Positions 22,501-35,814 of a DNA stretch of 64,000 nucleotides are shown one piece after another. The DNA is from Lama guanicoe (lineage: Eukaryota): the NCBI GenBank assembly GCA_013239625.1, contig MU053873.1:1874524-1938523 (forward strand), written 5' to 3'. The translations under genes and the position numbers were made by a program. Numbering within the stretch: the first letter of the stretch is position 1; the number at the start of each line of letters is the position of its first letter. The notes under the pieces are model-generated. The model worked only from the letters and a program-made list of their open reading frames with translations. It searched no databases and had not been told where the DNA came from.

Positions 22501-23399
22501 GCCCCAGGTGTGCTGGTAACTGTTCAACCACCCGGAGAGCTCTGCTTTGTAGCAAGCGCCGAGTCCCCTGGTGTAAATACTCCCACCATGGCCCGTGTCA
22601 AGCTACGACGTAGTGTCAGCTGTCCACCGGCTTGCAGAATTCCTGAGTATTTAGCAATAGGTTCCCACACCCTGGAACCAGCCAGGTCAAGCTCTGCAGA
22701 AAGGGGGTTCCAGGCACGGGGTGAGCAAGTGCAGGAGCCCTGAGGCAGGAGTGAGCTGGCGGTTTCCAGGAATGAGGAGGGGCTGGTGTTGGGGGACAGC
22801 CTGCCCAGGCAGGAGGGGCTGCACTGACGGCTTTCGTCACAGTCGAGTCAGGAGGATGGGTTTGATTCTAAGTGTAGGGGCCCGGGGAGGGCGCTGGGCA
22901 CAGAGGCATGGGACCTGACGGGGTATAGTAGATGTGCGATGAATGGCGGTTGCATCTGAGCCCAAAAGCAGCTGAGAAAATGTCTGTTTCCCTTCTCGTC
23001 CTTCCTGCCTGGCCTCTTCTGAGGAGGCAGGAACTCTCTTCCAACAGTTTGGCAGCACCCAGGCCATAGGACAGGGCAGGGTGCTCCCCACCCTCCCCGA
23101 GGACAGGGCTCAGTCTGCCGCAGGTCGGGGGCATGGGGCTTGTCCGCCCTCTCCCCGACCTGGGCAGGGCAGGGCTCACGTCCCGGCCCAGGGAGCCTGT
23201 TTCCTCCTTTCCCCACGCGTTGTTCTCCAGGCCTGACAGGGTTCTCTGGACAGGAAGGCACAGGTCCAGCCGCACTGGTCACCTCCGGGTGACCCGGGCC
23301 TGGTGTCCACCTTCTGGAAGCTTTTCTTTCGCTTTCCTCCCTGATTCTCTGAGTTGTCAAGGAATCGTAACAGGCCGCAGTCACTGAGTGCCAGTCACA

Positions 23400-23540
23400 C
23401 CAAGCACCATTTTACAGCTGAGAAAGCGGAGGCTCAGAGAGGCGAAGTGACCTGGCCGAGGTCACCCAGCTGGGAAGTGAGGAGCAGAGGGCAGAATCAT
23501 ACCTGGGCCTGTCTGACTTGGGAGCCAGTGCTCAGAACCA
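23400..23540 (-). mobile_element. MIR SINE
   Basis: ccattttacagctgagaaagcggaggctcagagaggcgaagtgacctggccgaggtcacccagct. Confidence 0.85.
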
Positions 23541-23588
23541 CTAAGGATGGGCCCGGAGGGTGATTTCTCACTGACGGATGCTTGAAAT

Positions 23589-23663
23589 AATCACTTTGCT
23601 GTACACCAGAAACTAACACAATATTGCAAATCAACTCTTCTTCAATAAAAAATAAAATATAAA
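23589..23663 (+). mobile_element. Severely 5'-truncated L1 3' end with A-rich tail
   Basis: tcactttgctgtacaccagaaactaacacaatattgcaaatcaact...ttcaataaaaaataaaa, a typical laurasiatherian L1 3' terminus. Confidence 0.75.
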
Positions 23664-26600
23664 CACAGAGACTGGCAAAAAACAAAAACTAAAACCATCT
23701 CCCAGCCACGCCGCCTCCCAACAATTGTCATTCATGCCACTGACTGCCCAAATCTTCACCATCTGTTCCCCATGGGTGAAGGGGCAGTATTCAGAGCCCC
23801 AGTCCTGGAGGCCAGGAGGTGGCTTGGTGTGACTGGGGCGAGGCTGTGCAACCTTGCTGAGCCTCGCTATGCCTGTCTGTCTGGTGGGTCAATTCTGGTA
23901 TGTCTCAGGAGGCCTGTGAGTGGGGAGCATCTGCCTGTATATCTGTCACCTTCTTTCTCTGTGCCCTGCACCATGCTGGAACCATAGCTGTGAACAAAAC
24001 AGATGCCATGCCTGTTGGGAGAGGGAATTACCTGGCACATATATAGCGAAAAAGCACAATTACATTAATGGTCCACAGTAAATTGGCCAGTGTAAGGAGG
24101 GAGGATCTGGGTGGGCCCTTTGGCCAGGACGGCAGGAGGCTCTGAAGCTTGAGTCGAGAATGAAGACAAAGTGGCAGTTTTCCCCAGTACATGGCACTGG
24201 CTCCACGGCCAGTAGGCGCCCAGCAATGGAATGAAAGAAGGGGCTTTATTGGCTGCAGGGGTGCATCCTTGTCTGGTCCCAGGCTGGGGGGGGAGTCAGA
24301 GGCACCCCTGAGACCTAGAAGGGGTGATGGGAGTTTCCTCTTGAGGGCCTGGGGTGGGGCTGGTCCAGGTCCAGGATCCCAGCCCCCATCTCTGCAGGGG
24401 TGAGCAGGGAAGGGAGGGAGCCCTCCACCGCGGGATTCCTCATCACAACCCCACTCGCCCTGTTTCTCCATCTCTAACACTAGTCCTCACCAGCCCCTCA
24501 CTTTTGTGGGCTGTGCTTGCCAGAGACCTGGGGCCCGGGACACAGCCCCTGTCCCACCCGAGGCTTGTTACAGACGTCAGGGCCCGCATGACGCTGGTGG
24601 GCTGTGAGAAGAGGCCGGGATTTCCTCCATTAGTCACTCGACTGCTGGCCATTGGAACTGGCTTCTGCATCGCAGACCTTGAGGAGGAGGACGGCGCAGG
24701 AAGTCAGTGCTTCAGCCGTAGCAGCCTTGCCTTCCCCGGATCAATCCCTTCACTGTCCTGGGCCTCAGTTTCCTCATCTGTTTTTTGGGGCGTTAAACAA
24801 GGTCTTGGTGAGGCTTAGGGGAGACAGTGAGAAGCTCTCGGCCCAGCGAGATCACTAAACCTTGACGTAAATGCAGATGCTTCCCACCCCCTGGGTGAGA
24901 GGAACTGGGAACCTACCGGAGAAAAGGGTGGCCCACTGCAGATGGTGGGGGAGCGGACACCCCTTGACAGCAGCGCTCCTTCCCTACGGTCCCCGAGAAA
25001 CTTGTCTGTGGAGTTTTGGAGGGTGATCTTGGGTGCCGAGGATGGTAGAGATGGTGGCCACGGCAGCTGGCCAATTCCCCAGATGGCTAGATGTTTCAGA
25101 AGGCAAGTCAGTGAGAAAACAGATCTGAGATAAAAAGCGTGCGTTTTCTGAAGCCTCTTAGAGTTTTCAATACCCTGACCCTGCATACCTGCTTCTTAGC
25201 GTCTCTGTGTAGGGTTGGGGAAAATCAGTCCCTTTCTAATGTTAAGAAACTTTTCTAAAAATCACAGCAACAATGCTAATAATATGTAAGGCAGATTAAT
25301 CGCATGTCTACTCTGCACATCACTGGTGATACGTTCTTTGTGGGCAGTTACGAGACAAATCGTGTGTATCCCTTCAGAACTGTGCCTCGCTGGTAGGAAG
25401 CCCTATACCTATTACCTGCTACCATGTCCTCGGCCTGGGTCAGTGACTGCAGACAGAAAGACGTGTCCCCTGTAGGACTTTGCTTCTTGCTTGCGTTTCT
25501 CCCCAGATCCATGTGACAGTGAGCAAGTCTGTTTTCTGGAGGTTTTTTTTCTAGATTTTTGCTTTTGGAGAGAAATCTCTTTTGATTCTCCACCTCAAGC
25601 CTTAATTTACAGTTTAATCAAACAAAGGTGGAGTGGTGGGGAGGCTACATAGGGAGCAAAACCTTCTCTGCCCAGAGTGGGGTGCGTCCACATCCCCTTG
25701 TGTTTTAAAGGCTGGTGCAGAAACTCTCTGCACGCTTTTCCCCAGGGGTCAGGAAAACATCTCCGGCTGTGTTTCCCCAGGTGTTCGCTCCATCTCCCTC
25801 TCTGACCGCCTCCCCCCTTCCTTCTCTGCGTTTCATTCCTGGAACAATCGTCCGGGCCAGTTCCTTTGGGCTCCTCCACATTCCCTGCCAAAAACAAAAA
25901 CCATTCTTAACCCCGATGACCAGGCCTGTAGTCATTTTGTCTGGTATGTGGCGTCCGCCTGGGGTTGGGGGGGAGGTGGGCGGGATGCATGCTTCCAATT
26001 TATGCTGGGCCTGCCAGCTTCAAGGGGAGCAGGAGCTGGGGCAGAAAAGGCTCCAAGGAGCGGGGAGCCCAGAACCACCAGATTTCAAGAGAGAGAGCAG
26101 GACCACAGCTCAGGGTCCGAGGCCAGCCCAGGGGGCACGAGCCAGTGGATTCTGGGTCAGGCCCGGCCCCATTCCCCCCACCACCCCTCCCTGTTCGCCA
26201 CATTGTGGACTTCGGATTTTCCTCTGTATTCTATTTGGTTATTATTATTTTTTAATGAGGTCAGACTGAAAAATCCATCTGCCTGGGCCTGCCTGCCTAG
26301 GTTTGAAGGCAATTAAACTGGAGACTAACCTCTTAATTAGGGTTTCCCTGTGTAAATCTCATTTGATAAATTTCTTATCATCCTTGGCTTTAACTGCAGC
26401 GCGGCCTCGAGAGGGGATTGAGCTCCCCTCTGGGACCTCTAAGTGAATCCCCCCCAGAGAGGCCGCCCCGCTCGCTCGCAAACGGCAAACCGGGCTCTGC
26501 CAGCCAGAACCTCCCCCAGGAAGGGCTGGGAGAGAGGCCCCTTTCAGGGTTAATTAATCAGAAAATGTAGTGGTGCCCGGTGATTCCGGAGAACTTGTCT

Positions 26601-28669
26601 GCCACCTTTTCATTCTCCTGTTCCCATTCTGCCTCCCTTCTAGGTCTTTCTTTTAATAAAAAATTTTGGGGTGAACTGAACTCCGTGAAAGGAAATCTGC
26701 AGCCCCCCTCCTTCCTTGCCCCTCCCCACCCCAACTTCTACCCAAACTGTTTGTCTGGGTGGATGGTTAGATTTTTTTCCTTCCCTTTTTCACATGCAAG
26801 TGCGGCTGGGAGTGGAAATGTCAGGGGTCAGGCTTCAGGCAGCAGGGAGCAGGGGGGCAGCCTCAGCTGCTGTCTTTGCCTCCAGAGAAATCAGAGCTGA
26901 ACTTAACCCTTCGGAGCCCAGCCCCTGCCTGTGGCTTCTGTGCCCTGCCTCCTCCTCTTTTCAGGGAACTTTGTCACCGGGACTTCTGTTTTAGGGTTTT
27001 AGGCTGAAGACGACTCCCTTGGTGTTGCGGGGAAGGGGAACAGGGCGCGGGGCTGGGGCAGTCAGAGGAGCATCCCTTAGAAGAAGGCAAGTTGGATGTG
27101 GGGTCCCAGCCACACATACTGTGTGCTGGAAACTGGACTCAAGGTGCTGCCTGTCTGGACGGGGTTGATGGGCAGACCTGGCCACGTTCACTACATTAGC
27201 CCTGTCAGTCTCCCAGGACATGTCCACGTCTCCGTTCGGGGACCGGGGCCTAGGAGGCACGGTCATAGCTGACAACATGTAGGGGTGGGATTGAGGACCA
27301 GCTCTTCTTGTTCCAAACCCTTGATTCCTATTTACCAGAGCACCCTCCATCACCGCCCCCCCCAACGGGTCCAGTAAGAGAAGAGGCCTGGCTCAAGGGT
27401 GACGCTTGGACTCCTTAAACTGCTCTGCAGCCATTGGAAGGGCAGGGGGCCAATTTGAGAGCCGAGTTGTGCCAGTGCCTCCTCTGAGTCACCCCTGCAC
27501 CCTCACCCCACTTTGAAGCTGCTACTTCTGTTGACCCATTTTACAGATGAGAGGAGTGAGGTGCTTGTGGATGTGGCTGGCCGGTGATGTAGCCAGATCT
27601 GTCCTCCTCTAACCCCCATCTTTCAGCCCACTGCCCCTCAGCACGGGGACACTGCCAGTCCATGGAAGCAGGAAAAACAATACGGAGATCGTGCCCTGTG
27701 ATGACCTGGTCTCCATCACCTGCGGAGTTGCCCAAGGGCAATGGTGAGATGGATGGTTTGTGAAGTGGGGCACAGGAGCACGTGCCCGTGGCCTGGGTGT
27801 AGCCAGGGTGACACGGGGTCTGGTGTACCAGTGCCTGAGGTCAGTACCTGGCGGAGCTGCCCCCAGCGCATGATCATGGTGTTGATCCCTGAGCCTCGGT
27901 TTCCTCATCTGTGAAGGGAGAGTGATGGCAGTGTCCAGCCCACTGGGTTCTTTGGCCAGGGTCAGTGGCGGGGTACACACATTCATACACATAAAGATCA
28001 GTGACTGGTACCTGATAAGCTTCAGTGCACATGAACTGTTGTTATTATTATTATTTATCCCTAATCATGGAGAAGAAAAAATATAGGCACTGATGAGATC
28101 CCAAAGGGAAGAAGCCCACGTTATGATCAGCGCCTCTGCGGAGAGCCGGGAGCCAGTGAGAGCTGGGAAGGGGGTGCTCTGGCCCAGCTCAGCTCCAGAG
28201 GTTGACCTCGGAACCCAGCTCTGTGGCTCAGGGCAAGTCACCTCACCTCTCTGTGCTCTCGTGGTGGGGAGGCAATGCCAACTTCCTCAGTGGGCAGTGG
28301 GATGAATCTGGACCTTGGGTCTTCAGGTGGAGCAGAAGAGAGTTTGGGTCCTCATATTGCCTTTAACTGGGCAGTGGTGTGTGACCCATCCTGCTGGATG
28401 GGCCTCAGTTTCCCCGTCTGGAGTGAGGAAGCAATACACCCAGACATATTTGGCAGCCTCGCAGAAAGAAGCTAAGACCTCAGGGATTATTATTAGAATA
28501 ATAGAAAGTGGGATCATTTCTCTGCAGTGGAGGTAAATCTGAGCCCAGGGGAGGCAGGGCGCCTGGCAGCCTCTGCTCTGACCAGGGGTCTGTTTGCTTG
28601 GTATCTACTCCTGAGCGGGCACCGTTGGGGTGGTGAGTGATAGTCATATAGATAAAAGGACCACGATGA

Positions 28670-28870
28670 TGTTTGGGGGCTTGGGTTTGAATCTCGTGCC
28701 CTCTTTTGTTGTGTTGCCTTGAGTGAGTCCTGTTGCTACTCTGTGCCTCAATTTTCTCATCTATAAAATGGGCAGAGTAGAGCTCCTACTTCCTGGGGTG
28801 GTTGTGAGGCCTCAGTAAAGTGAAGCATTCAAGGTGCCAGCCTGGTCTCCAGCATGATGCCGTGCACTTG
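28670..28870 (+). mobile_element. MIR SINE
   Basis: ctctgtgcctcaattttctcatctataaaatggg...ggttgtgagg. Confidence 0.75.
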
Positions 28871-29499
28871 GTCACCGGTCAGCGGTCGCTGTGACAGTGA
28901 CTCAGGCTGAGCTGAGCCTGGAAAGGTCTTTGGAGCTGCCTGCAGCAGAACTTGAATTCTCCCCTTGCCGGCCTGTGGCCTCCCTTCTTCCCTCCCTCTG
29001 AAACCAAAGCCCAGCATCTGTTTCCCCAGGAGCTGTTTAATATTCTGCCGCGGTAAAATGAACTCATTGGAGCCACCCAAAAACAGCTGAATGAACCCCC
29101 GGCGCCCGGCGGCCTTTCAGAGCGGCTCCAGACCCTCCTCGGGCCTTGGGGAGGCTGGCAACGACAGCAGCTGTGGGAGAGGGGCCCCCTTTTCTTCTTG
29201 GTGCCCCGAGGGAGCCTGTGCCCCCAAATGGGGCTCCCGGAGGGCCGCGTTGGGGACTGCAGGCTGGGGAGGGGTGGCCTGGGTTTCCCAGCCTGTTCAG
29301 AGCCTCAGCTGTATTTCTTGGCTCAGAAGTTCTGTGTGTGAGGCCTCCTTGGGGAGGCTGAGAAAGCGAGGCCTTCTTCAGATTCTTCTAACGATCTTCC
29401 CCCAACGCAGCCTCAAACTGGGGCCAGTGGAGGCAGGAGGCCCCAGCCTACAGGCAGCACTGCTGGATGGTGACAGAGATGACAGTGCAGGCAACATCC

Positions 29500-29680
29500 T
29501 CTGAGCACTTGCTGAGTGCCACTTGCGTCAAGCTTGCGGTCTACACTCATACTGACTCTTCGAAACCACTGGGGCAGTTTACTGTCTTTATTCCCATTTG
29601 ACAGATGAGGAAACTGAGGCCATGCTAGCTTGTCCAAGATCACACAGCTAGGAAGTGGTCAACCAGAGCCTGGCTCTCTT
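29500..29680 (-). mobile_element. MIR SINE
   Basis: attcccatttgacagatgaggaaactgaggcc...cttgtccaagatcacacagctaggaagtgg. Confidence 0.85.
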
Positions 29681-31446
29681 CTTGATGGCTCATAGACGTC
29701 TGTCCTTGATCTTTTGGGGTCCAGTAGCCTCTTCTGTAAATGGGGGTGGGGTGGGGTTGTGGTCTAACATGCCCACCTACAGGGTCATCCTGAGTTAAGT
29801 GACATCATCCAAGGAGCATTTCACACAAGCAGACATACAGTTGGCATTTACTTAAGTGCTTGCCATTATCTTTACTTGATTACTTTGTAATGCCTGTTGC
29901 CTGTTCAGTCTGTCTCAGCACCATCTCCTTTCTCCCCTCCCCAGGTTGCTCCTTGGTGGGGGGGGGCCTCAGTGTTCACCCCAACTCCCTAAGAAAGTGA
30001 TGGTAACAAAGTGCTTCCAGGTAGAAGCTGAATTAATTTCATGTAATTATCCCTGAAAAAATTAAATATTACAATTAGTCTTGGGCAATCTCTGTACCGA
30101 GAGACGGTGAAGCTGGGCTGTTGACTGCTGGGTGTGCGCTGGCCCCGAAAGTCCCTGTCACCAGGGCTTAAACCCACAGCGGTGACTTCTTCCCACGGTG
30201 GAGTGAACTGGGGAGGACCTGGCAGGAGGACACATGACCCTTTTCCCTTTTATATCTAAGGAGCCCCAGCAAGTAGGACTGGGCTTGGCTTTTCCAGCAG
30301 ATGGCCCTACATGCGTCCTGTCCCACAACCTGTCTGAAAGAGCCCAACAGTCGACCTCCAGAAACGGGATCCAAGGTTTAGCGTTTTCTCCCCGGGGTTC
30401 AGATCCCAACAGCACTGCTTCCCAGCCTTGGGACTTGGGCCAAAACCCCTTCATTCTCCAAACCTCAGTTTTTCTCATCTGTAAAATGAGGATCATTTTG
30501 ATCATTCCATGAATTAATGTTGGGGACTGTGGGATCCGTCTGCTGTGCTGGCCAGAGGGGACCTGGGGGAGAGTCTTGTAAGATGAGGCTAAGTGTTGTC
30601 TTGGGTTGGAGTGAGGACTGTGGAGCTATGCGTGCTCAGTGCTCCTGATGACAGTTACCAGTATCAGAGTATCACTTAGTGATTATGTGACCTTGGGTGG
30701 GTTCCCGTGTGCCTTCCAATCCCCCTTCACGCATCACCCCGAAAACGGGGATAGTGATGTGTATGTTATAGGTTGTCGTGAGAAAACCAGAAGTACCAGT
30801 GAAAGGTGGTGAAAAGTGAGGCTTGGGGTCAGTCACATAGCAGGTGACCAATAACCTGGCATCATTGTTATAATTACTAACATTACCATCATTTGTCGCT
30901 GTATTTCCTGTCCTCTTTTTTTCAAGGATTGTGAACTTCGACCGTCTCGAGCTTGGATGGGGGAGAGATGTGATGAGAGAAGAGCAGGCAGGAGTTGTGG
31001 GTTTTAATCCTGGCCTGACCTTGACCTATCGTCTGACCTCAGCCAAGCCCTTCATTTCCCTGGGCCTCAGTTTCTTCCTCTCTCTGATTAGACTAGGTCA
31101 GACTGACAAGTCAAGTGCTCATCTGGGTTGATTCGTTCTGGCTGCCTAGAGCATTGTGTTGAGAAAGACTCTGAGGCTGCATCTAGGTTTCATGGGAGGG
31201 TGTGCCAAGGCTGACAGGCAGTGTCTGCTGTGGGCTCAAGAGGAAATTTGTTTCAGTGTGAGTCCCAGGTGGTTGATAATCCTGGAAAAGATGACCCTTG
31301 TGGCTCCTTGCAGCCCTAGATTTACCTCAATCTATGGACCCTTCCTATTTGAAAAATGATAGGCCTTGCCTTTTGTAAGAAAATTAGCACTCAACAGCCG
31401 CCCCTGGTGCAGATCGGGAGGGAATCTGTAGATTACAGTCTGGGCC

Positions 31447-31640
31447 CAGCGGGGTCCAGTAGAACTCTCTACAGTGATGGAGATGTCCTATATCTGCACT
31501 GTCCAATGCAGTAACCGCTTGCTACAGACAGCTGTCAAACCCTTGAAATGCAGTTAGTTGTGAATAAGGAATTGATGTTTAAATTTTACTTAAATTTAAA
31601 AAGTCACATGTGGCTAGGTGCTGCCATATTGCACAGCCTG
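31447..31640 (+). mobile_element. MER3 (hAT-Charlie MITE)
   Basis: gtccagtagaactctctacagtgatggagatgtcctatatctgcactgtccaat...cacatgtggctaggtgctgccatattgcacagc. Confidence 0.8.
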
Positions 31641-32200
31641 CTTCTAGACACCCAGAGCCCCTGAATTTGTAAAGGCCTTCAAGATCGTCAACTTGTTACA
31701 CCCCAAGCCTGCCATGAACTCTGGATGGGTCTTTGGATGAAAGCCTGTTGCTTAGCAACAGATACCTGCCCCCAGGCAGCTGGAAACCACCTCTGCAAGA
31801 GCTTTGCTCAGGTGGTGAGCTCTGCACAGGCCCGCAAACGTTTTCCCTTCTACACTGGTCACCTCTCCAGGGGGCCTGGTTTTCCAGGCCCGGTTCAGAT
31901 GCCCCCATCAGGCCATGACATGGAGCCCGGTTTCTCCTCATCCTGTGGCTCCGCAGGAAACAGGCGGGTGTTTCCAGACACAGAGTGGGTGGGTGGAGGG
32001 AGATGCCCTTTAGGAGAGTGAGAATCATTTTTTACTCTTTCCTTCCCTCTTTCTCTCTGCCTTTCCCCCTCTCCCTCTCCTTCTGGGGCAAAAGTAGAAA
32101 ACCTTAGGAAACTGACTTGGCTTCATCCTTCCTTGTTCATTCTCTGGCTGTGTGGTGTTGGGCAAGTCTCCCTACCTCTCTGAACCTCTTCCTGCATCCT

Positions 32201-32203
<3 letters not shown>

Positions 32204-32235
<32 letters not shown>

Positions 32236-32355
32236 GTCGGGGAGGTAATTAGGTGTGTGTATGTATTTATGTATGTGTGTATTTATTTAATGGAGTTTCT
32301 GGGGATTGAACCCTAGTAGGCCGGCACTCTACCACTGAGCTATACCATCTCTCCT
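32204..32355 (-). mobile_element. tRNA-derived SINE (Vic-1-like) with extended tail and 12-bp TSD, inserted into a MIR
   Basis: Antisense box A (ccactgagcta 32332-32342) and box B (ggattgaacc 32303-32312); (TTTA)n tail; TSD CTGCATCCTTTA at 32192-32203 and 32356-32367. Confidence 0.85.
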
Positions 32356-34740
32356 CTGCATCCTTTAAAAAGCAGTAATGTGTACACACAACCAGCCAAT
32401 CAGAAATGCAAGGGCAAACACTTAAAAAAAAACAAAAAGAGTAACAGTCCCACTCCACAAAGGTTAACAAGAGGACCCAGTGCAGTGATACACAAGGAAC
32501 ATGTAGAATGGTGTCCGGGAAGTGGTTCCTTTCCCTGGAAAAGAGGGAGAAGAGAGGTGGAGTCAGAGTGTTGGAGGGTAATTTAACTGATGCTCGTGCC
32601 TGTGTCAACTTAAAGCTCATCTCACAGGTTAGCCCAGTGGGTCCGGGCTCAGGGCCGGTAGGCAGGAAGGGTGGTGGGTGGGAGTGCTGGTTGGGGGAGG
32701 GGCTCCCTGGGTCCTCCTCTTCTGGCAGGAAGAAAGCCCCGGCATTTGTCCACTGACCCCTCAGGCTTTTCTCTCCCTTAAAGGCACCTGCATCTTGTGC
32801 TTTCCTCGCATACCAGCGGGGTCTGAAGTAAATGGGGAGAATTCTAACTTCTAGACTTTGAAGGAGGTCTGTTGGCTGGGTTGGGGGTCTGCAGAGCAAG
32901 TGAATGCAGTTCCTCCATCCCTGGATAGTCTGGAGGCTGTGGCCCTTCTCAGTAAATTTTGGGGAGGGGCAGTGGGCAGACCTCCTAATGAGGTCACCTA
33001 CCCCCCCATCCTTGTGTAGGAGCTGCTATAGTCAGCACTTATTGGTTGAGAGCCTACTATGTGCCAGGTGCCAGGGCCACAGTGGTGAATAGGAGACATG
33101 GTTCCTGATTTCCTGGACCTCACGGACCAGAGGCAGTAGCACAGAGCAGGACAATTATGAGAAGTCAGGGTTAGTACCCGATGCTACAGTGTGGGGGGTA
33201 CTGGAGCCCACTGAGGGGCCTAGAGAGACCCACCTGAGGAAGGAGAGTACGGAAGAGTGAGTCAGGTGACAGGGGAAGTGACAGCAGTGGTCCAGGAAGA
33301 GGGGAGAGCTGGCAAGAGTGGTGTTGCTACTACTTGGTGACAGCGTACTGCAGACACCACCATGAACCCTTCGGAGTGAGGAGAGGACTGATGCTGGCTC
33401 AGGCAGGCAGGCCAGAAGCTTCTAATTTGGCCACCCTTCTGGCCCTGACTTAACCCTCTCTGGCCCGGGTTTCCCCAGGGGTGCAGCACCAGCCAGCCCA
33501 GTCTTCCTAGGATCTAGTTCTGTTTTCCTCAGGAGACCACGGGGACAAGGGTCTGTGACCTCTGCTGTGGGAGGAGACACACCGAGTCTTAATCCTGCTT
33601 CTGCATTACCAGAGACTTGGGCCAAATCCGGAAAATCCTTGCAAGAGGTGGGGTGTGGGTGTTGCAAAATGTGTCTGTCTGGTCCAGGGAAAATTTGACA
33701 GAAGAAGGCAAGACTGGGGTCGGCTTAGTCACCTAGCCCCCTCCCTGGGGCCTGCCTCTTCCCACATTCCCTGCCTGGAAGGAACATAGTGGCCCTCACC
33801 TTCCCTTCTGAGCCTGCACCCCACCTTCCCAGGTCAACCCCAGAGACACACTGTGAATGTGGCAGGCCCAGTGGAAACACATAGGGCCGAGCCAGTCCCC
33901 TCTGCCACTCCGAGGCACAGATTAGCGAACATTTCCCAATTGTCTGTAGTGTAATTTGGGGTGGGGAGCACCTACTTAGGTGGCCTCTTTAGGTTACAGA
34001 GTCACAGGCCTGGCTACTGGGACTCCTACTACTTATAGTGGGAGTGGCAGCCCAGAGAGGGCAAGGGAAGTACCTGAAGTCACACAGCCAGTTTCAGGCA
34101 GAGCTGGGCCTTGGCTTCCTGGAGTAAGGGAGGAGAGCCCAGCCTGGAGGGAAAGCAAGTTGAGGTTTGTTTTTGGCAGACACACCTCTCGCCAGAAAGC
34201 CAAAGGCTGGACTAGCTGGCACCCTTGAGAGATGGGACCTGAGGGTGGGCATGCCAGGCCGGACACCCCAGGAACTTTGTTCTCAGCTGTTCAGATGGGA
34301 GTGACCAGCCAGCTTCTTCCAAGCGCAGACCAATGCTCCACCCGTCTCATTCCCCAGGCCAAGCAGATGCCACGGGTGGTTAAAACGATACGGGGTTCGA
34401 ATTCCAGCTCTCCACTTTCTACTTGTGTGACCTTGGCTCTCTCGGGGCTGTTGATGAGATAAATGCAATCAGCCATCGAGAAGGTCCCAACCAGCCCCGG
34501 ATCACTGCTCTGTCCTCCCGAGCACTCAGGCCCCGCTTGCCTGGCCTGTCACCGACCGCTTTGTGCATCACTGTGTCCTTCCCCGAGTCCAGGCTGAGCT
34601 GTGAGGGGGTCCTCAGAGGCTGTGAGTGCTGGATGGCTGCCTGTCTCCTCCAGCCTGACGTGGTCCACTCACTTTTCTTTGGAGAGCCACCTTTCTCCTC
34701 TTTTGTTGCATTCGTGAACGTGTTCTAGAATGATATTTTT

Positions 34741-34832
34741 AAGTCTTTTTTTAAAGTGGCGGTACTGGGGATTAAACCCAGGACCTCGTGCATGCTGAGC
34801 ATGTGTGCTACCACTGAGCTATACCCACCCCC
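34741..34832 (-). mobile_element. tRNA-derived SINE (Vic-1-like)
   Basis: Reverse complement reads ggtatagctcagtggtagcacacatgctcagcatgcacgaggtcctgggtttaatccccagtacc plus A tail; TSD AGAATGAT at 34727 and 34835. Confidence 0.88.
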
Positions 34833-35143
34833 ACAGAATGATTTTTTTTAAAGCAACAACCCTTCTCCCCTACAATCAACATTTTACTGTTTTATTAGTT
34901 TTTAAGTAAGGAGGCAGGAAGGTTTCCACTATAGCCGGAGAAGGAACGCCAGGGCCACAGTGAACCAGGAAGGCCATTTCAGATTCCCTGAGGGTCACTG
35001 TGCAAGTCCTCACAGGTCAGGAGTGTTGTTTACACAGAAACACCTTTCTTGGGAGCATGTATTGAGCACCTACTGGGTGCCTGGCTGCTCCTTACTACTT
35101 GTGTGAACTTGGAGAAATGATATCACCTCTCTAAGCCCGGGTT

Positions 35144-35360
35144 CAGGGGTCGGCAGACTTTCTCTGTCAAGGACCAGATAGTGAATATTTTAGGTTTGTG
35201 GGTTTATACAACCTCTGTCACAACTGCTTAGCTCTGTAGCATGGAAGCAGCCATGGACAAAATGTACACCTTCGAGCATGGACGTGTTCCAATAAAACTT
35301 TATTTATAAAAACAGATGGTGGGCTGGACTCACCCTGTGGGCTGTAGTGTGCTGACCCTG
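35144..35360 (-). mobile_element. MER58A (hAT-Charlie MITE), near full length
   Basis: TIRs caggggtcggca...tgctgaccctg; internal gtgttccaataaaactttatttataaaaacag. Confidence 0.85.
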
Positions 35361-35814
35361 GAAGCTGTGAAACGCAGCTAAGAGAAGCTGCCAGGGAGGG
35401 ATGGCTGGTCCAGTGGGATCAGAGTGCTCTCAGATGATTGTTTGCTTTGGGGTGGGATCCGATCCCCCCACTTCCTTAGAGTTGGGGAGCATAACGGACC
35501 TTGTCCCCAGCTAGAGAGTGTGTTTCTAAGTCAGGTGTCCTATGCCAAGGACAGAATGGATGACGTGCAAACCTCATTAATTTTGCGGATTCCTGATGCC
35601 CCTCCCCTGCTCAAAAGCCTTCCTTGGCTCCCCTTTGCAGGAACAAAACCGAACTCTTTCCTGGGGTCTCCAGTCCTCCATGACTGACTCCATTTGAGCT
35701 TTGCAGCTTCCTCTTCCTCCATGTCCCCCAGGCCCTAAATCAGGGTCCCCAGGCTGGCTTCTTGTTCTTCTGAAACAGTCATAATGGGGTTCGGAGCACA
35801 CCTGTGGCTTCTCT

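Noticed and set aside
31395..31412. CTCF-like CCGCCCCTGGTGC
   Set aside because: Lacks a core position of the consensus; too weak to call without data
34741..34832. tRNA-Ala-like gene
   Set aside because: A-tail, TSDs, a mutated box B and related copies nearby indicate a SINE, not a tRNA
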